From NCBI GenBank assembly GCA_963708075.1, contig OY970194.1:2176001-2240000 (forward strand): DNA of 64,000 nt, read 5' to 3'. Both the position numbers and the translations under genes were made by a program. Positions 38,207-47,156 of this stretch are shown here, piece by piece (positions within the stretch are counted from its first letter, which is position 1; each line of letters opens with the position of its first letter). The notes below the pieces were generated by a model. It saw only the letters and a list, made by a program, of their open reading frames with translations. It did not search any database and was not told where the DNA came from. The DNA is from Sedimentisphaerales bacterium. Lineage in GTDB: Bacteria > Planctomycetota > Phycisphaerae > Sedimentisphaerales > Anaerobacaceae.

Positions 38207-39639
38207 TCAAGGCTGAAGATCACCAAAGAGGGTCAACGGGGAAACCTGTGTGATTCGTACGCGGGCAAAGTTGCCGGCCAGGGAAAGCGGACCATCGAAG
38301 ATGACAATGAAGTCTGTCGAGGTACGCCCGACCAATTGCACCTTCGCGTGAGGAACAGGAGAAGGGTCCCGCGAATCGGGTGAGTCCGCACTCCGCACTC
38401 CGCATTCCGAATTCCGAATTTGTTTCTTGCTCGGCCCCTCGACCAGGACCGTTACCTCCTGATTCAGAAACGACCGGTTCAGTTCGCCGCTGATGCGCTC
38501 CTGAACGGCCAACAGCTCGACATTCCGCTGTTGCTTCACGTCGGGAGGGACAGTATCGGCCAGCCGCTTCTCCGCCGTCGTGCCGGGTCGGGGCGAGTAT
38601 TTGAAAATGTAGCTGTTCTTGTATCGGGTCTTGCGCACGAGGTCGACGGTGGCATCGAAATCCTCCTGTGTCTCCCCGGGAAAACCCACGATGAAGTCCC
38701 CTGCCACGGCGATGTCGGGCACGACCGCCCGAGCCCGCTCGATCAGCTCGAGGTAGTGCGCGGCTGTATAATGACGATTCATGCGCGCAGGATGCGGTCG
38801 GACCCGCTTTGGGCGGGCATGTGCAGGTAATGGCAGATCTTCGCCGAGCCGGCCATCGCCTGCAGAATCTCCTCGTAGAACTCGTCGCTGGGGTAACTCG
38901 TGACGAACCGGACCCATTCGATCCCCTGCACCCGGGCCGTCATCTCCAGCAGGTCGGCAAGGCACCACATCTTTCCCCCGTCCTGGTGCTTGTATGAATT
39001 CACCGTCTGGCCGAGGAGCGTCACCTGCTTGACGCCGGTGTCGGCCAGTCTCTTCACCTGTTCCAGAATCGCCTCCGGCGGCCGGCACGCCTCCGGGCCT
39101 CGGACGTAAGGAACGATACAGTAAGTGCAGAAATTGTTGCAACCCCGCATCACGCGGACGAACGCCTGTCCCGGCATCTCCTCGATGCTGTGCGCCGACT
39201 CGAATCTCTCCAGGGCCGAAGCACCGTTAAGCCCCCCCTGCCGGATATTCTCCGTGACAGCCAGGCGTTTCTCAAGCCGGCCGAGCGCCTCGTGCAGCAA
39301 ATCCGCGATCTGGGGAATCTGGGCGGGCCCGCACACGATGTTGACAGCCTCATGTTCGAGGAGCTTGTCGCCCAGGCGCTGCGCCATGCAGCCGATGACT
39401 CCGACAACCATCTCAGGCCGGTGCTCTTTCAAGTGCTTGAGATGGCCCAGGTGTGAGAAAACGCGCTCCTCCGCGTGCTGCCGCACGGAACAGGTGTTGA
39501 TCAGAACGGCATCGGCCTCCTTGATGTCCTCCGTCAGGCAAAAGCCCGCCTCCTGCAGCGAGGACGCAATCAGGGCTGTATCCAGCTTGTTCATCTGGCA
39601 GCCGAAGCTCTTGATACAAATCGTGTGGCGTTTCGTCAT
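38207..39639 (-). CDS. miaB: tRNA-i6A37 methylthiotransferase MiaB; frameshift near 38783
   Basis: SFGCQMN, NTCSVR, GCMAQR, GCNNFCTYCIVPYVRG, HMPAQSGSDRIL / MNRHYT, DFIVGFPGET, YSPRPGT, TRAM domain. Confidence 0.95.
38385..38419. repeat. Five tandem heptamers (TCCGMAY) in frame inside miaB
   Basis: TCCGCAC x2, TCCGCAT, TCCGAAT x2; encodes IRNSECGVRSAD. Confidence 0.9.
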
Positions 39640-39744
39640 TTACAATGTACTACTTATCCTTTACCATGCATTGTTCGAGCCCGAGGGGCCGGAGGTGAAT
39701 CTCGCGTCTTGGCACGACCACCTCTGCAAGGTGATGCCAGATAG

Positions 39745-39772
39745 TAAACCGTAAATCGTAAATCGTCAATCC
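39745..39772. repeat. Heptamer array (TAAATCG)n
   Basis: Four degenerate units just upstream of ATG 39779; same unit as at 36656. Confidence 0.8.
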
Positions 39773-39778
39773 AGACGC

Positions 39779-40930
39779 ATGGTAAAGAACCAGAAGCGAA
39801 TCGAGCAGATTGCAGGAATCACCCTCATCGTGGCGATCGTCATCGGCTGTGGATTCGTGTTGCGGCCGTTCCTGTCCGCCATCCTGTGGGCGGCCATCTT
39901 GTGTCTTGCCACGTGGCCCCTGCACGAGCTGTTCCTCAAATGGCTGCGGGGAAGGCGGAATCTCGCCGCCGGGCTGATGACGGCCGTGCTGTCGCTGGTG
40001 CTCATCATACCGTTTGTCGTCGTGGGCTTCACCTTCACCGACAGCGTTCGTGCAGGACTGGAATGGCTCGATGTGCAAAAGACAGAGGGATTGATCCCGC
40101 CCCCGGCCTGGATCGAACGTATTCCCCTGGTCGGCGACAGGATCAGCGAGTCTTGGGCGGACTTGGCGGATGACCCTGGGCCAACCATCGGCTTGTGGAA
40201 ACCGCGGCTCAAGGCGGCCGGGCTGTGGCTGCTGCGACACAGCCTCGACCTGCTACAAGGCGTCTTCCAGCTTATTATGAGCGTGCTGATCGCGTTCTTC
40301 CTCTATCGCGACGGCGAGGGGGTCGTCGTGCGCCTGCGCGAGGGGTTCCAGAAAATCAGCGGCGACTACAGCCAGCACCTGGTGGACGTGGTCAAAACAA
40401 CGGTGCGGAGCGTCGTGTACGGCGTGATCGGCACGGGATTGGCGCAGGGCTTCGTGGCCGGCATCGGTTTCACCATCGCCGACGTGCCCTCCCCCATGCT
40501 CCTGGCGCTGTTCACCTTCTTCCTGAGCTTTGTTCCCGTCGGCCCGCCGATCGTTTGGATCGGTGCATCGATCTGGCTTTTCGCGCAGGGCTCAACCGGC
40601 TGGGGCATCTTCATGATCGTCTACGGCGTGCTGGCCATCAGCGGCGTGGACAACGTCGTGAAGCCATACATCATCAGCCGCGGCTCCAAACTGCCCTTTA
40701 TCGTGATGTTTATCGGCGTGCTTGGCGGCGTGGCGACATTTGGCTTCATCGGTATCTTTCTCGGCCCGACGCTGCTTGCCGTAGGCTTCAGCCTGACCCA
40801 GGAGCTTGTCGGCCATCGCCGTCGCAACTCGATACTGAAGCCGTTGCACGAGCCCGCACCTGACGACACGGCGGTGGCAGACAGTGCCGGTGCAAATCGG
40901 CCCGCCGTTCCGCAGCCGCCTGCGGAATGA
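39779..40930 (+). CDS. AI-2E family transporter
   Basis: PFLSAILWA, FFLYRDG, DNVVKP, GFIGIFLGP. Confidence 0.92.
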   Translation: MVKNQKRIEQIAGITLIVAIVIGCGFVLRPFLSAILWAAILCLATWPLHELFLKWLRGRRNLAAGLMTAVLSLVLIIPFVVVGFTFTDSVRAGLEWLDVQKTEGLIPPPAWIERIPLVGDRISESWADLADDPGPTIGLWKPRLKAAGLWLLRHSLDLLQGVFQLIMSVLIAFFLYRDGEGVVVRLREGFQKISGDYSQHLVDVVKTTVRSVVYGVIGTGLAQGFVAGIGFTIADVPSPMLLALFTFFLSFVPVGPPIVWIGASIWLFAQGSTGWGIFMIVYGVLAISGVDNVVKPYIISRGSKLPFIVMFIGVLGGVATFGFIGIFLGPTLLAVGFSLTQELVGHRRRNSILKPLHEPAPDDTAVADSAGANRPAVPQPPAE

Positions 40931-40973
40931 GTCTTCGATGGCTGCAAACCAAGGGTAGCCAGGCAAACGAACG

Positions 40974-42731
40974 CTACCCGCGACGGGTCCCGCTGGGTTT
41001 AAGTACACGCTCAGAGGCAAATACCTGGGAAAACGTGGCCCAGAGCACCTCCGGCTTGTCGGCACGGATGATCCTCTCGCGAATCTCCGGCTGCAGCATG
41101 GTTCGAACGATGAGCGCCAGGATCTGCACCTGAACATCGCTGCGTTGCGGGGTCAGGGCCAGAAAGATGAAATGCGTGGGCTTTCCGTCCGGCGAGTTCC
41201 AATCCTCGATTCCCGCTTCCGATCTGCCAAAGACAACGACCGGCCTGTCCAGCTTCTCAAGCCGCGCGTGCGGGATGGCAAGCCCCTCTTCCAGAGCCGT
41301 GCCCATTTCATTTTCCCGGTGTAGCACGGCCTCATAGATTTCGTCGGCATCGTACACCTGCTGCTGGATGGCCGCCAGGTCGGAAAGCTCTCGCAGAGCT
41401 CCATCTCTTGTGGCGGCTTTCAACTCCGCAATGATCGAATCCCTGTGGAAGAACTCCAGGATGCTTACTTCCTTACGCCTTGAGATGGAGTAGTTCAGCC
41501 ACGGCCCCAGGAGGACGGAGGAGAGCACGGCGGCGAAAATGATCGCAACAAATACCGGTTGCGTAATAATCCCATACTGAAGGGCAAGCAACGCAAACAC
41601 TATCTCCATAGTACCGCCCGGCGTGTGAGCAACCGCGACTGCGGCGCGGTCGCTCCTGGGGATCGCCGTGAACGACGTGCCCAACCACGCGCCGAGGTAT
41701 CTGCTGCCGATGCCAATGATGCTCACAAAGATCGCAAGGAACGGGTCGAAATACGCCAGAAAGTCGATTCGCAGCCCGATCCCCACGAAAAAGATGGGAA
41801 CGAACAGCGCATAAACCATCTGCGCGATCACCTGGCGTGTCCGCTCAGAGAGGGCCCTGGCCTGCCCGGCCATGACCCCGGCAATGAAGAACCCGAAGAG
41901 CGCGTGAATGCCGATCCGCTGAGTGATCGCGCCGCAAAGCACTCCGAGCAGAGAGATGAACGTCAATGCCGTGGCCGGCTCAGGCATCCCGCGCCGCTTG
42001 ATCCCGGAAATCGCCTCACTCGTCAGTCTCTGTCCGATGGACAGGCAGATGACGGTGAAGCCGGCGATAGCACCCAAAACCATGAGGATTTTCCCCGCTC
42101 CGGCCCCCGCCTGCGTAACGAGGCCCAGCACCAGCGTGAAGAGCACCCATCCGATGATGTCGTTCACCGATAAGGCGGACAAGATAAGAAAACCAAGATC
42201 CGTCTTTGACAGGTTTACCTCGTGAAGGGCCCTGGCGGCGACGGGCATCGCGGTGGTCGTCATAACAGCAGCCATGAACAGTGCAAACAGGATTCTGCTC
42301 TGCGGCTCGATCAGATAGAAGACCGGCAAGAGCAGGAAGGTTGGAATCGCAATGCCCACAGGAACAATGGTATCGGTCACCGCGATCTTCAGGGCATCTC
42401 CCTTCTGCCGCCATGCACTGGAGAAATCGACCTCCAGACCCGTTTCCAGCAGCAAGAAGAGCACGCCCAGCCATCCGACGGTCTCGATCATGTTCTGCTG
42501 GACCGGGTCCGGGGGAAAGATGGCTCCATGCACAGATGGAAGGAACCGGCCGAGAATAGACGGGCCCAGCACAATCCCTACGAGAATCTCGGCGGTCAGC
42601 GCCGGCTGCTTCCACCGGCGGAACAACTCCCCCAAGCCACGCGCCAGGCCGAGCAGAATAAAAAGCTGCACCAGGAACAGAAAGATGTTCTGCTCATCGA
42701 TGAAATGCCCCACGAGCTGCCGTGAATCCAT
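40974..42731 (-). CDS. Cation:proton antiporter (CPA2-like) fused to a PTS EIIA domain
   Basis: EILVGIVLGPS, LLETGLEVD, NDIIGW, PIFF; C-terminal RENEMGTALEEGLAIPHAR...SPDGKP. Confidence 0.9.
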   Translation of the reverse strand: MDSRQLVGHFIDEQNIFLFLVQLFILLGLARGLGELFRRWKQPALTAEILVGIVLGPSILGRFLPSVHGAIFPPDPVQQNMIETVGWLGVLFLLLETGLEVDFSSAWRQKGDALKIAVTDTIVPVGIAIPTFLLLPVFYLIEPQSRILFALFMAAVMTTTAMPVAARALHEVNLSKTDLGFLILSALSVNDIIGWVLFTLVLGLVTQAGAGAGKILMVLGAIAGFTVICLSIGQRLTSEAISGIKRRGMPEPATALTFISLLGVLCGAITQRIGIHALFGFFIAGVMAGQARALSERTRQVIAQMVYALFVPIFFVGIGLRIDFLAYFDPFLAIFVSIIGIGSRYLGAWLGTSFTAIPRSDRAAVAVAHTPGGTMEIVFALLALQYGIITQPVFVAIIFAAVLSSVLLGPWLNYSISRRKEVSILEFFHRDSIIAELKAATRDGALRELSDLAAIQQQVYDADEIYEAVLHRENEMGTALEEGLAIPHARLEKLDRPVVVFGRSEAGIEDWNSPDGKPTHFIFLALTPQRSDVQVQILALIVRTMLQPEIRERIIRADKPEVLWATFSQVFASERVLKPSGTRRG

Positions 42732-42828
42732 AACCCGCACCCGCAGATGAATGGATCATCTCTGTGCCGGGCTCTCCGGGAGCCTGGACGCTCCCTGTAC
42801 GCACATTTTGCAGCTCAGTTCTGCAGGC

Positions 42829-43920
42829 TCAATCCCCGAAGCAGGTGCCGACTGAGCGGGCAACCGCCACCAGGGGATTATCCGCAGGCACAATGCGCGG
42901 GCCTGTCGCCACATCCTTCAGCGGGACTTTCACTAAATCGCTGCCGCGTACGCCGACCATGTGCCCGCATTCGCCGTTGATGAGCAGATCCACAGCCTTG
43001 GCGCCGAGCGAGGTGGCCAGGACGCGGTCAAATGGCGTGGGGCAGCCTCCCCTCTGCAGATGGCCCATGACCACGACGCGGGTTTCAACCCTGCTGAGCT
43101 TTTCGATCTGTTCGCCGAGCACAAACCCGATGCCGCCGAGACGCACGGGATCGGTGCTCTCCTTGACGATTCGCTGGATGACGACGTCGCCGCCCCTGGG
43201 CTTGGCGCCTTCGGCGACGACAACGATGCTGAATCGCTTGCCCTTCCTGGCTCTATCTCTGACCTTGCTGACGATCACGTCGATATCGTAGGGGACTTCG
43301 GGGATGAGAATGATATCGCCGCCGGCGGCCACGCCCGCATGCAGGGCGATCCATCCGGCGGTGCGTCCCATCACCTCGACGATCATGACGCGATGGTGCG
43401 ACTGGGCCGTCGTGTGGACCCTGTCGATGCCCTCCGTCGCCACCGCCACCGCCGAGTCAAAACCGAATGTGATGTCCGTCCCGCGCAAGTCGTTGTCGAT
43501 TGTCTTAGGGACCCCGACAACGTCCACGCCGTCGGTCTGCAGCCGATGCGCGATGGACAATGTGCCGTCGCCTCCGATGCAGACAAGACACCTGGCCCCA
43601 ATCTTCTTCAGATTGCGGATTGCCTTGCGCGAGACGTCCTTGAGTTCCAACTGGTCCCCCCTCCGCACCGCATACCGGTAGGGATTCGCGGTATTGGATG
43701 TGCCGAGGATTGTCCCGCCGAGCGTCAGGATGCCCGAGACATCGTTGTAATGCAGCGTGCGATATCGATTCTCGATGATGCCCTCATAACCATCCTCGAT
43801 GCCGATGACCTCCATGCCGTAGTCCAGCATGGCTTTTTTCGCCACGGCCCGTATCACCGCGTTCAGGCCCGGACAGTCGCCGCCGCCGGTCAAAACTGCG
43901 ATCCGTTCTTTCTTCTTCAT
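42829..43920 (-). CDS. pfkA: 6-phosphofructokinase
   Basis: LTGGGDCPGLNAVIR, GGTILGT, GGDGT, PKTIDND, EVMGR, GHLQRGG. Confidence 0.96.
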   Translation of the reverse strand: MKKKERIAVLTGGGDCPGLNAVIRAVAKKAMLDYGMEVIGIEDGYEGIIENRYRTLHYNDVSGILTLGGTILGTSNTANPYRYAVRRGDQLELKDVSRKAIRNLKKIGARCLVCIGGDGTLSIAHRLQTDGVDVVGVPKTIDNDLRGTDITFGFDSAVAVATEGIDRVHTTAQSHHRVMIVEVMGRTAGWIALHAGVAAGGDIILIPEVPYDIDVIVSKVRDRARKGKRFSIVVVAEGAKPRGGDVVIQRIVKESTDPVRLGGIGFVLGEQIEKLSRVETRVVVMGHLQRGGCPTPFDRVLATSLGAKAVDLLINGECGHMVGVRGSDLVKVPLKDVATGPRIVPADNPLVAVARSVGTCFGD

Positions 43921-44032
43921 GTTCGACCTCCAAGCAAGTCCTGTATTGTTGCAGGGAGTATATGCAACGATGCAGCGAAAGAAAAGAAGATACGCAGACA
44001 TTGGGAGCATCCAATGGAATGGGCCTCTGCCA

Positions 44033-44105
44033 TGTCACCCCCGCGCAGGCGGGGGTCCAGGAACGTTCGATAGGTGACCGGATTCCCGCCTGCGCGGGAA
44101 TGACA
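44033..44105. repeat. REP-like palindromic element, family B
   Basis: TGTCACCCCCGCGCAGGCGGGGGTCC...GGATTCCCGCCTGCGCGGGAATGACA; near-identical inverted copy at 61009. Confidence 0.9.
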
Positions 44106-44136
44106 TACGATGGGCGGTACGTTACTTATCAAGTAC

Positions 44137-45471
44137 TTACGGCCGGAGGTCTCGATTCAACCGGCGCTGGAGGTCCTTGAGGCGGTTGACCTCGTCGAAG
44201 CCGAGTCGGAGGATGGGAAACGCCGTCTTGTTGTGCATCAGCGGCTCATCCATGTTGACCCAGCGCCGGCAGGCCTCGCCGTCCGCCGTGCCGGGAATCG
44301 GAGAGAAATCAGCCAGCATGCCGCGAATGCCGAGGCTGTGCACGAATCGCATGGAGGCTTCAAGCTCCTGCAGGTCGCTATCGGGGTGTCCAAGAATTTG
44401 ATAGGCCGTGACATTCGCCGGATCTGCGCCGGCGGCGAAGAGGTGCCTCACGGATTGGGTAAGCTCCTCCGAGAACACCTTGCCCCCGGTGCCCTGCTGC
44501 CACTGCCGCGAGGCGCTCTCGAAGCCAAGGTAGAATGTTCTGAAGCCGGCCCGCACCATGAGATCCGCCAATTCTGAGGTCACGAAGCGAGCATTGAGTG
44601 CGTTCGGCGTGTGAAAATTCACGCGGATGCCCCGCCGGATAACCTCCTGCAGGAAAGGGGCCAAGACCTTCTCCGCATCGCAGAGCAGCGCGTCATCATA
44701 GAAAGCGACATTCTTCGCTCCTCGCTCGACCAGAAGCTCTAATTCGGCCAGTGCTCGTCCCAATGGCCGCGGCTTGAAGCCCGCGTACACCTTCGGCACC
44801 GAGCAATAGCTGCACCGAAACGGACAGCCATCCGACAGCTTGATTGCCCCGACGCGGAGCAGATCGTACACCTCCCACAAAGCTGGCTGCTCTGGGTCGG
44901 GCGTCACCCCCAGTAATTGCCACAATGGCTCCAGGTCCGAGCCCACGACTACGAGATCAGCCCCCAGCCGTCGCGCGTGCTCCGTGCAGAGCGTCGCGTA
45001 GTTGCCGCCGAGAATGATCCGGGCCTCGGGGCAGACGTGCCGAATGTCCTCAATCACCTCCGCTACACCTGGATACCAGTATGTCATCATCGTCTGCACA
45101 AGCGCGAAGTCGAACGGGGCTTGCCTGCTGAGATACCCTTGGAAATTAGCACGAGGCCCACCGAATCTCCGGAAGTATCGAGGGATCTCCTTCAGAGGCG
45201 GCGGATTGGGTATCCGCTCGAAAGGAAACGTGCCCCGGCCCCACTGATCTGATTGCGGATTGGGCGGATCTTTCGATGCTATTCCGCAATCCGCATTCCG
45301 CAATCCGCAATCGCTCCACCAACGGTCCAGGTAATCGAGAAAGAGAAACTCCGCCTGTCCGCGCAGTTGCCCGGCGACAGTCAACAGCCCGTACGGCCTG
45401 AGCCAGAAATCGTAGGCGGCAAAGTCGTGAATCGGCGGATTCACCAGCAGGATTCTATGCTTCCTCGACAA
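44137..45471 (-). CDS. B12-binding-domain radical SAM protein
   Basis: ILLVNPPIHDFAAYDFWLRPYGLL, ILGGNYATL, GCPFRCSYC, AFYDDALL, LGFES. Confidence 0.9.
   Translation of the reverse strand: MSRKHRILLVNPPIHDFAAYDFWLRPYGLLTVAGQLRGQAEFLFLDYLDRWWSDCGLRNADCGIASKDPPNPQSDQWGRGTFPFERIPNPPPLKEIPRYFRRFGGPRANFQGYLSRQAPFDFALVQTMMTYWYPGVAEVIEDIRHVCPEARIILGGNYATLCTEHARRLGADLVVVGSDLEPLWQLLGVTPDPEQPALWEVYDLLRVGAIKLSDGCPFRCSYCSVPKVYAGFKPRPLGRALAELELLVERGAKNVAFYDDALLCDAEKVLAPFLQEVIRRGIRVNFHTPNALNARFVTSELADLMVRAGFRTFYLGFESASRQWQQGTGGKVFSEELTQSVRHLFAAGADPANVTAYQILGHPDSDLQELEASMRFVHSLGIRGMLADFSPIPGTADGEACRRWVNMDEPLMHNKTAFPILRLGFDEVNRLKDLQRRLNRDLRP
45251..45312. repeat. Inverted heptamer arrays (GATTGCG)n / (CCGCAAT)n in frame inside the radical SAM gene
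   Basis: Encodes DCGLRNADCGIASKDPPNPQS. Confidence 0.88.
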
Positions 45472-46893
45472 CCTTGAAGCCCATGAGATCGCTCAGATTC
45501 CTGATGCTCTGCATGTGGTCGCCGTAGAAGACGGCCCGGTGCAGCATCGCCATCACGCCGCCTTCCAGGACGCCGGCGCCCCAGTTGTGGAACATGCTGC
45601 GGGCATCCTTCACCTGGGTCACGAATTGCGTTCGGCAGCCCAGGTCGTTGTGCGTGACGTCAATGATCTTACCCGTGGAGATGAGCATCGAGTCCAGGTT
45701 GATTAACTTCGCGCACGTCACATCCTGCCCGACGCGATTCTCCACCTCCAGCGCGACGCCCTGGTCGCTGTCCGTCTGCGTGCGAATGTTGAAAGGCAGC
45801 CGCTTGCCCTTGGGGCCATCCATCTTCGTTGACGACGTGCAATGGAAGTGAATCAAGGCGTTTCTGGCGGTATCGAAGACGGGATCGGTGATGAAGCCCG
45901 GGACGTTAAACGCGTAGCCGAACATGAGCATCGTCAGGGTCGAGTCCATGTCACCCTCGCAGGCCCCGACCATGCCCAGATCGTTGAGCTTGCTGAACGC
46001 CAGGCATCCCTTGGCCGGCTTTCCCATGCAGCCGGAGCTGGTGACCGCCTGGGCCCCCTTCTCGATCATCATCTTCTTGATCGCCAGGTAGTATCTCGCG
46101 GAGCTGATGATCTCGTCTTTCGTGGGCTCGATGATCTTCCTGGCCTTGCTCAGCCAGTACTCTTCGGCTTCCTGCTGCGCCAGCTTGATGTCCACCGCCG
46201 CATGAGCCGCAACCGTCTCCTCGATACTGACCGGGATCATCTCGACCCCGAGTTTCGCCTTGACCTGCTCGGCCGAGCAGGCGGCCGTCGTGCCGAGAGG
46301 ACCATTCACGACGAGAATCTTCGTGCGGCGAAGGTGCGGGCCCACACGCATCAGGCCGGCCACGCGATCGAGCTCGCTCCAGTCGCTCGACGGCAGCAGC
46401 AGCACCTTCTTGCCTTCCTTTCGCCATTTCGGGAAGTACATCCAGCCGTGGCCGCTGAACGGCTGTGAGAAGACTGCCGTGGGCAGGCCCGCGTTGACGA
46501 TCTGGCTCATGGCTTGGGAAGGCGCATCGCCGCCGTGTCCGCAGAGATGGAACAGCAGCACGCCATCGGCCTCCTTCAGCTTGGGGATTATGGTGCTCGC
46601 CTCGACAGGCGGGACCAGCTCGCCGCCGATGAACTTGACGTCGCCGAGCTTCGCTTCAATGCCCGCCAGGTATTTCTCGAATTTGTCAATTTCCTCGGTC
46701 GGCCGGGACAGGTAGATGCCGCCCGTCCGGCCCACGTAGACTTTGTAGATCTTCACCGGCGGCATCTTCGGCGGCCATTCACCCGCCTGCCCCGCCATCG
46801 CTGTGGAGTTGCTCAGCACCGAACCCAGGAACATCGCGCCGCGCCCGCCGCTCCGGCCTCGAGGAACTCACGTCGATTCATCGCTGCGGTCAT
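45455..46893 (-). CDS. L-fucose/L-arabinose isomerase-like protein with twin-arginine signal; frameshift near 46836
   Basis: MTAAMNRREFLEAGAAGA joins MFLGSVL...AMAG after one added base; ACEGDMDSTLTM, FHC, CRTQ. Confidence 0.72.
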
Positions 46894-47156
46894 AGTGACA
46901 GTCTCCATAAAGGGTGTGGTTGGGACTCCAATCATCTCCGAGTTTTCGCCATGATATTGGTAGAATAAGAGCATTTCCATTCGGTTGTCAACGCCCAATT
47001 CAGTTGGGCGATGTCCTTTCCAGTCCCTCGGCCGGTATTGACCTGATAGGCCCACTTATGATAAAATGGGTAAGTGCTAGATTGTCGCCTTGCGTCCCCG
47101 CCGATGTGTAACATCAGTGGTGACAGGCAGTTACAGTACCGACAGGGAGATCACAG

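Noticed and set aside
38207..39639. miaB and other split genes as true pseudogenes or programmed frameshifts
   Set aside because: The indels are isolated, in otherwise intact genes, with recurring sequence contexts and no slippery heptamers; sequencing error is more likely.
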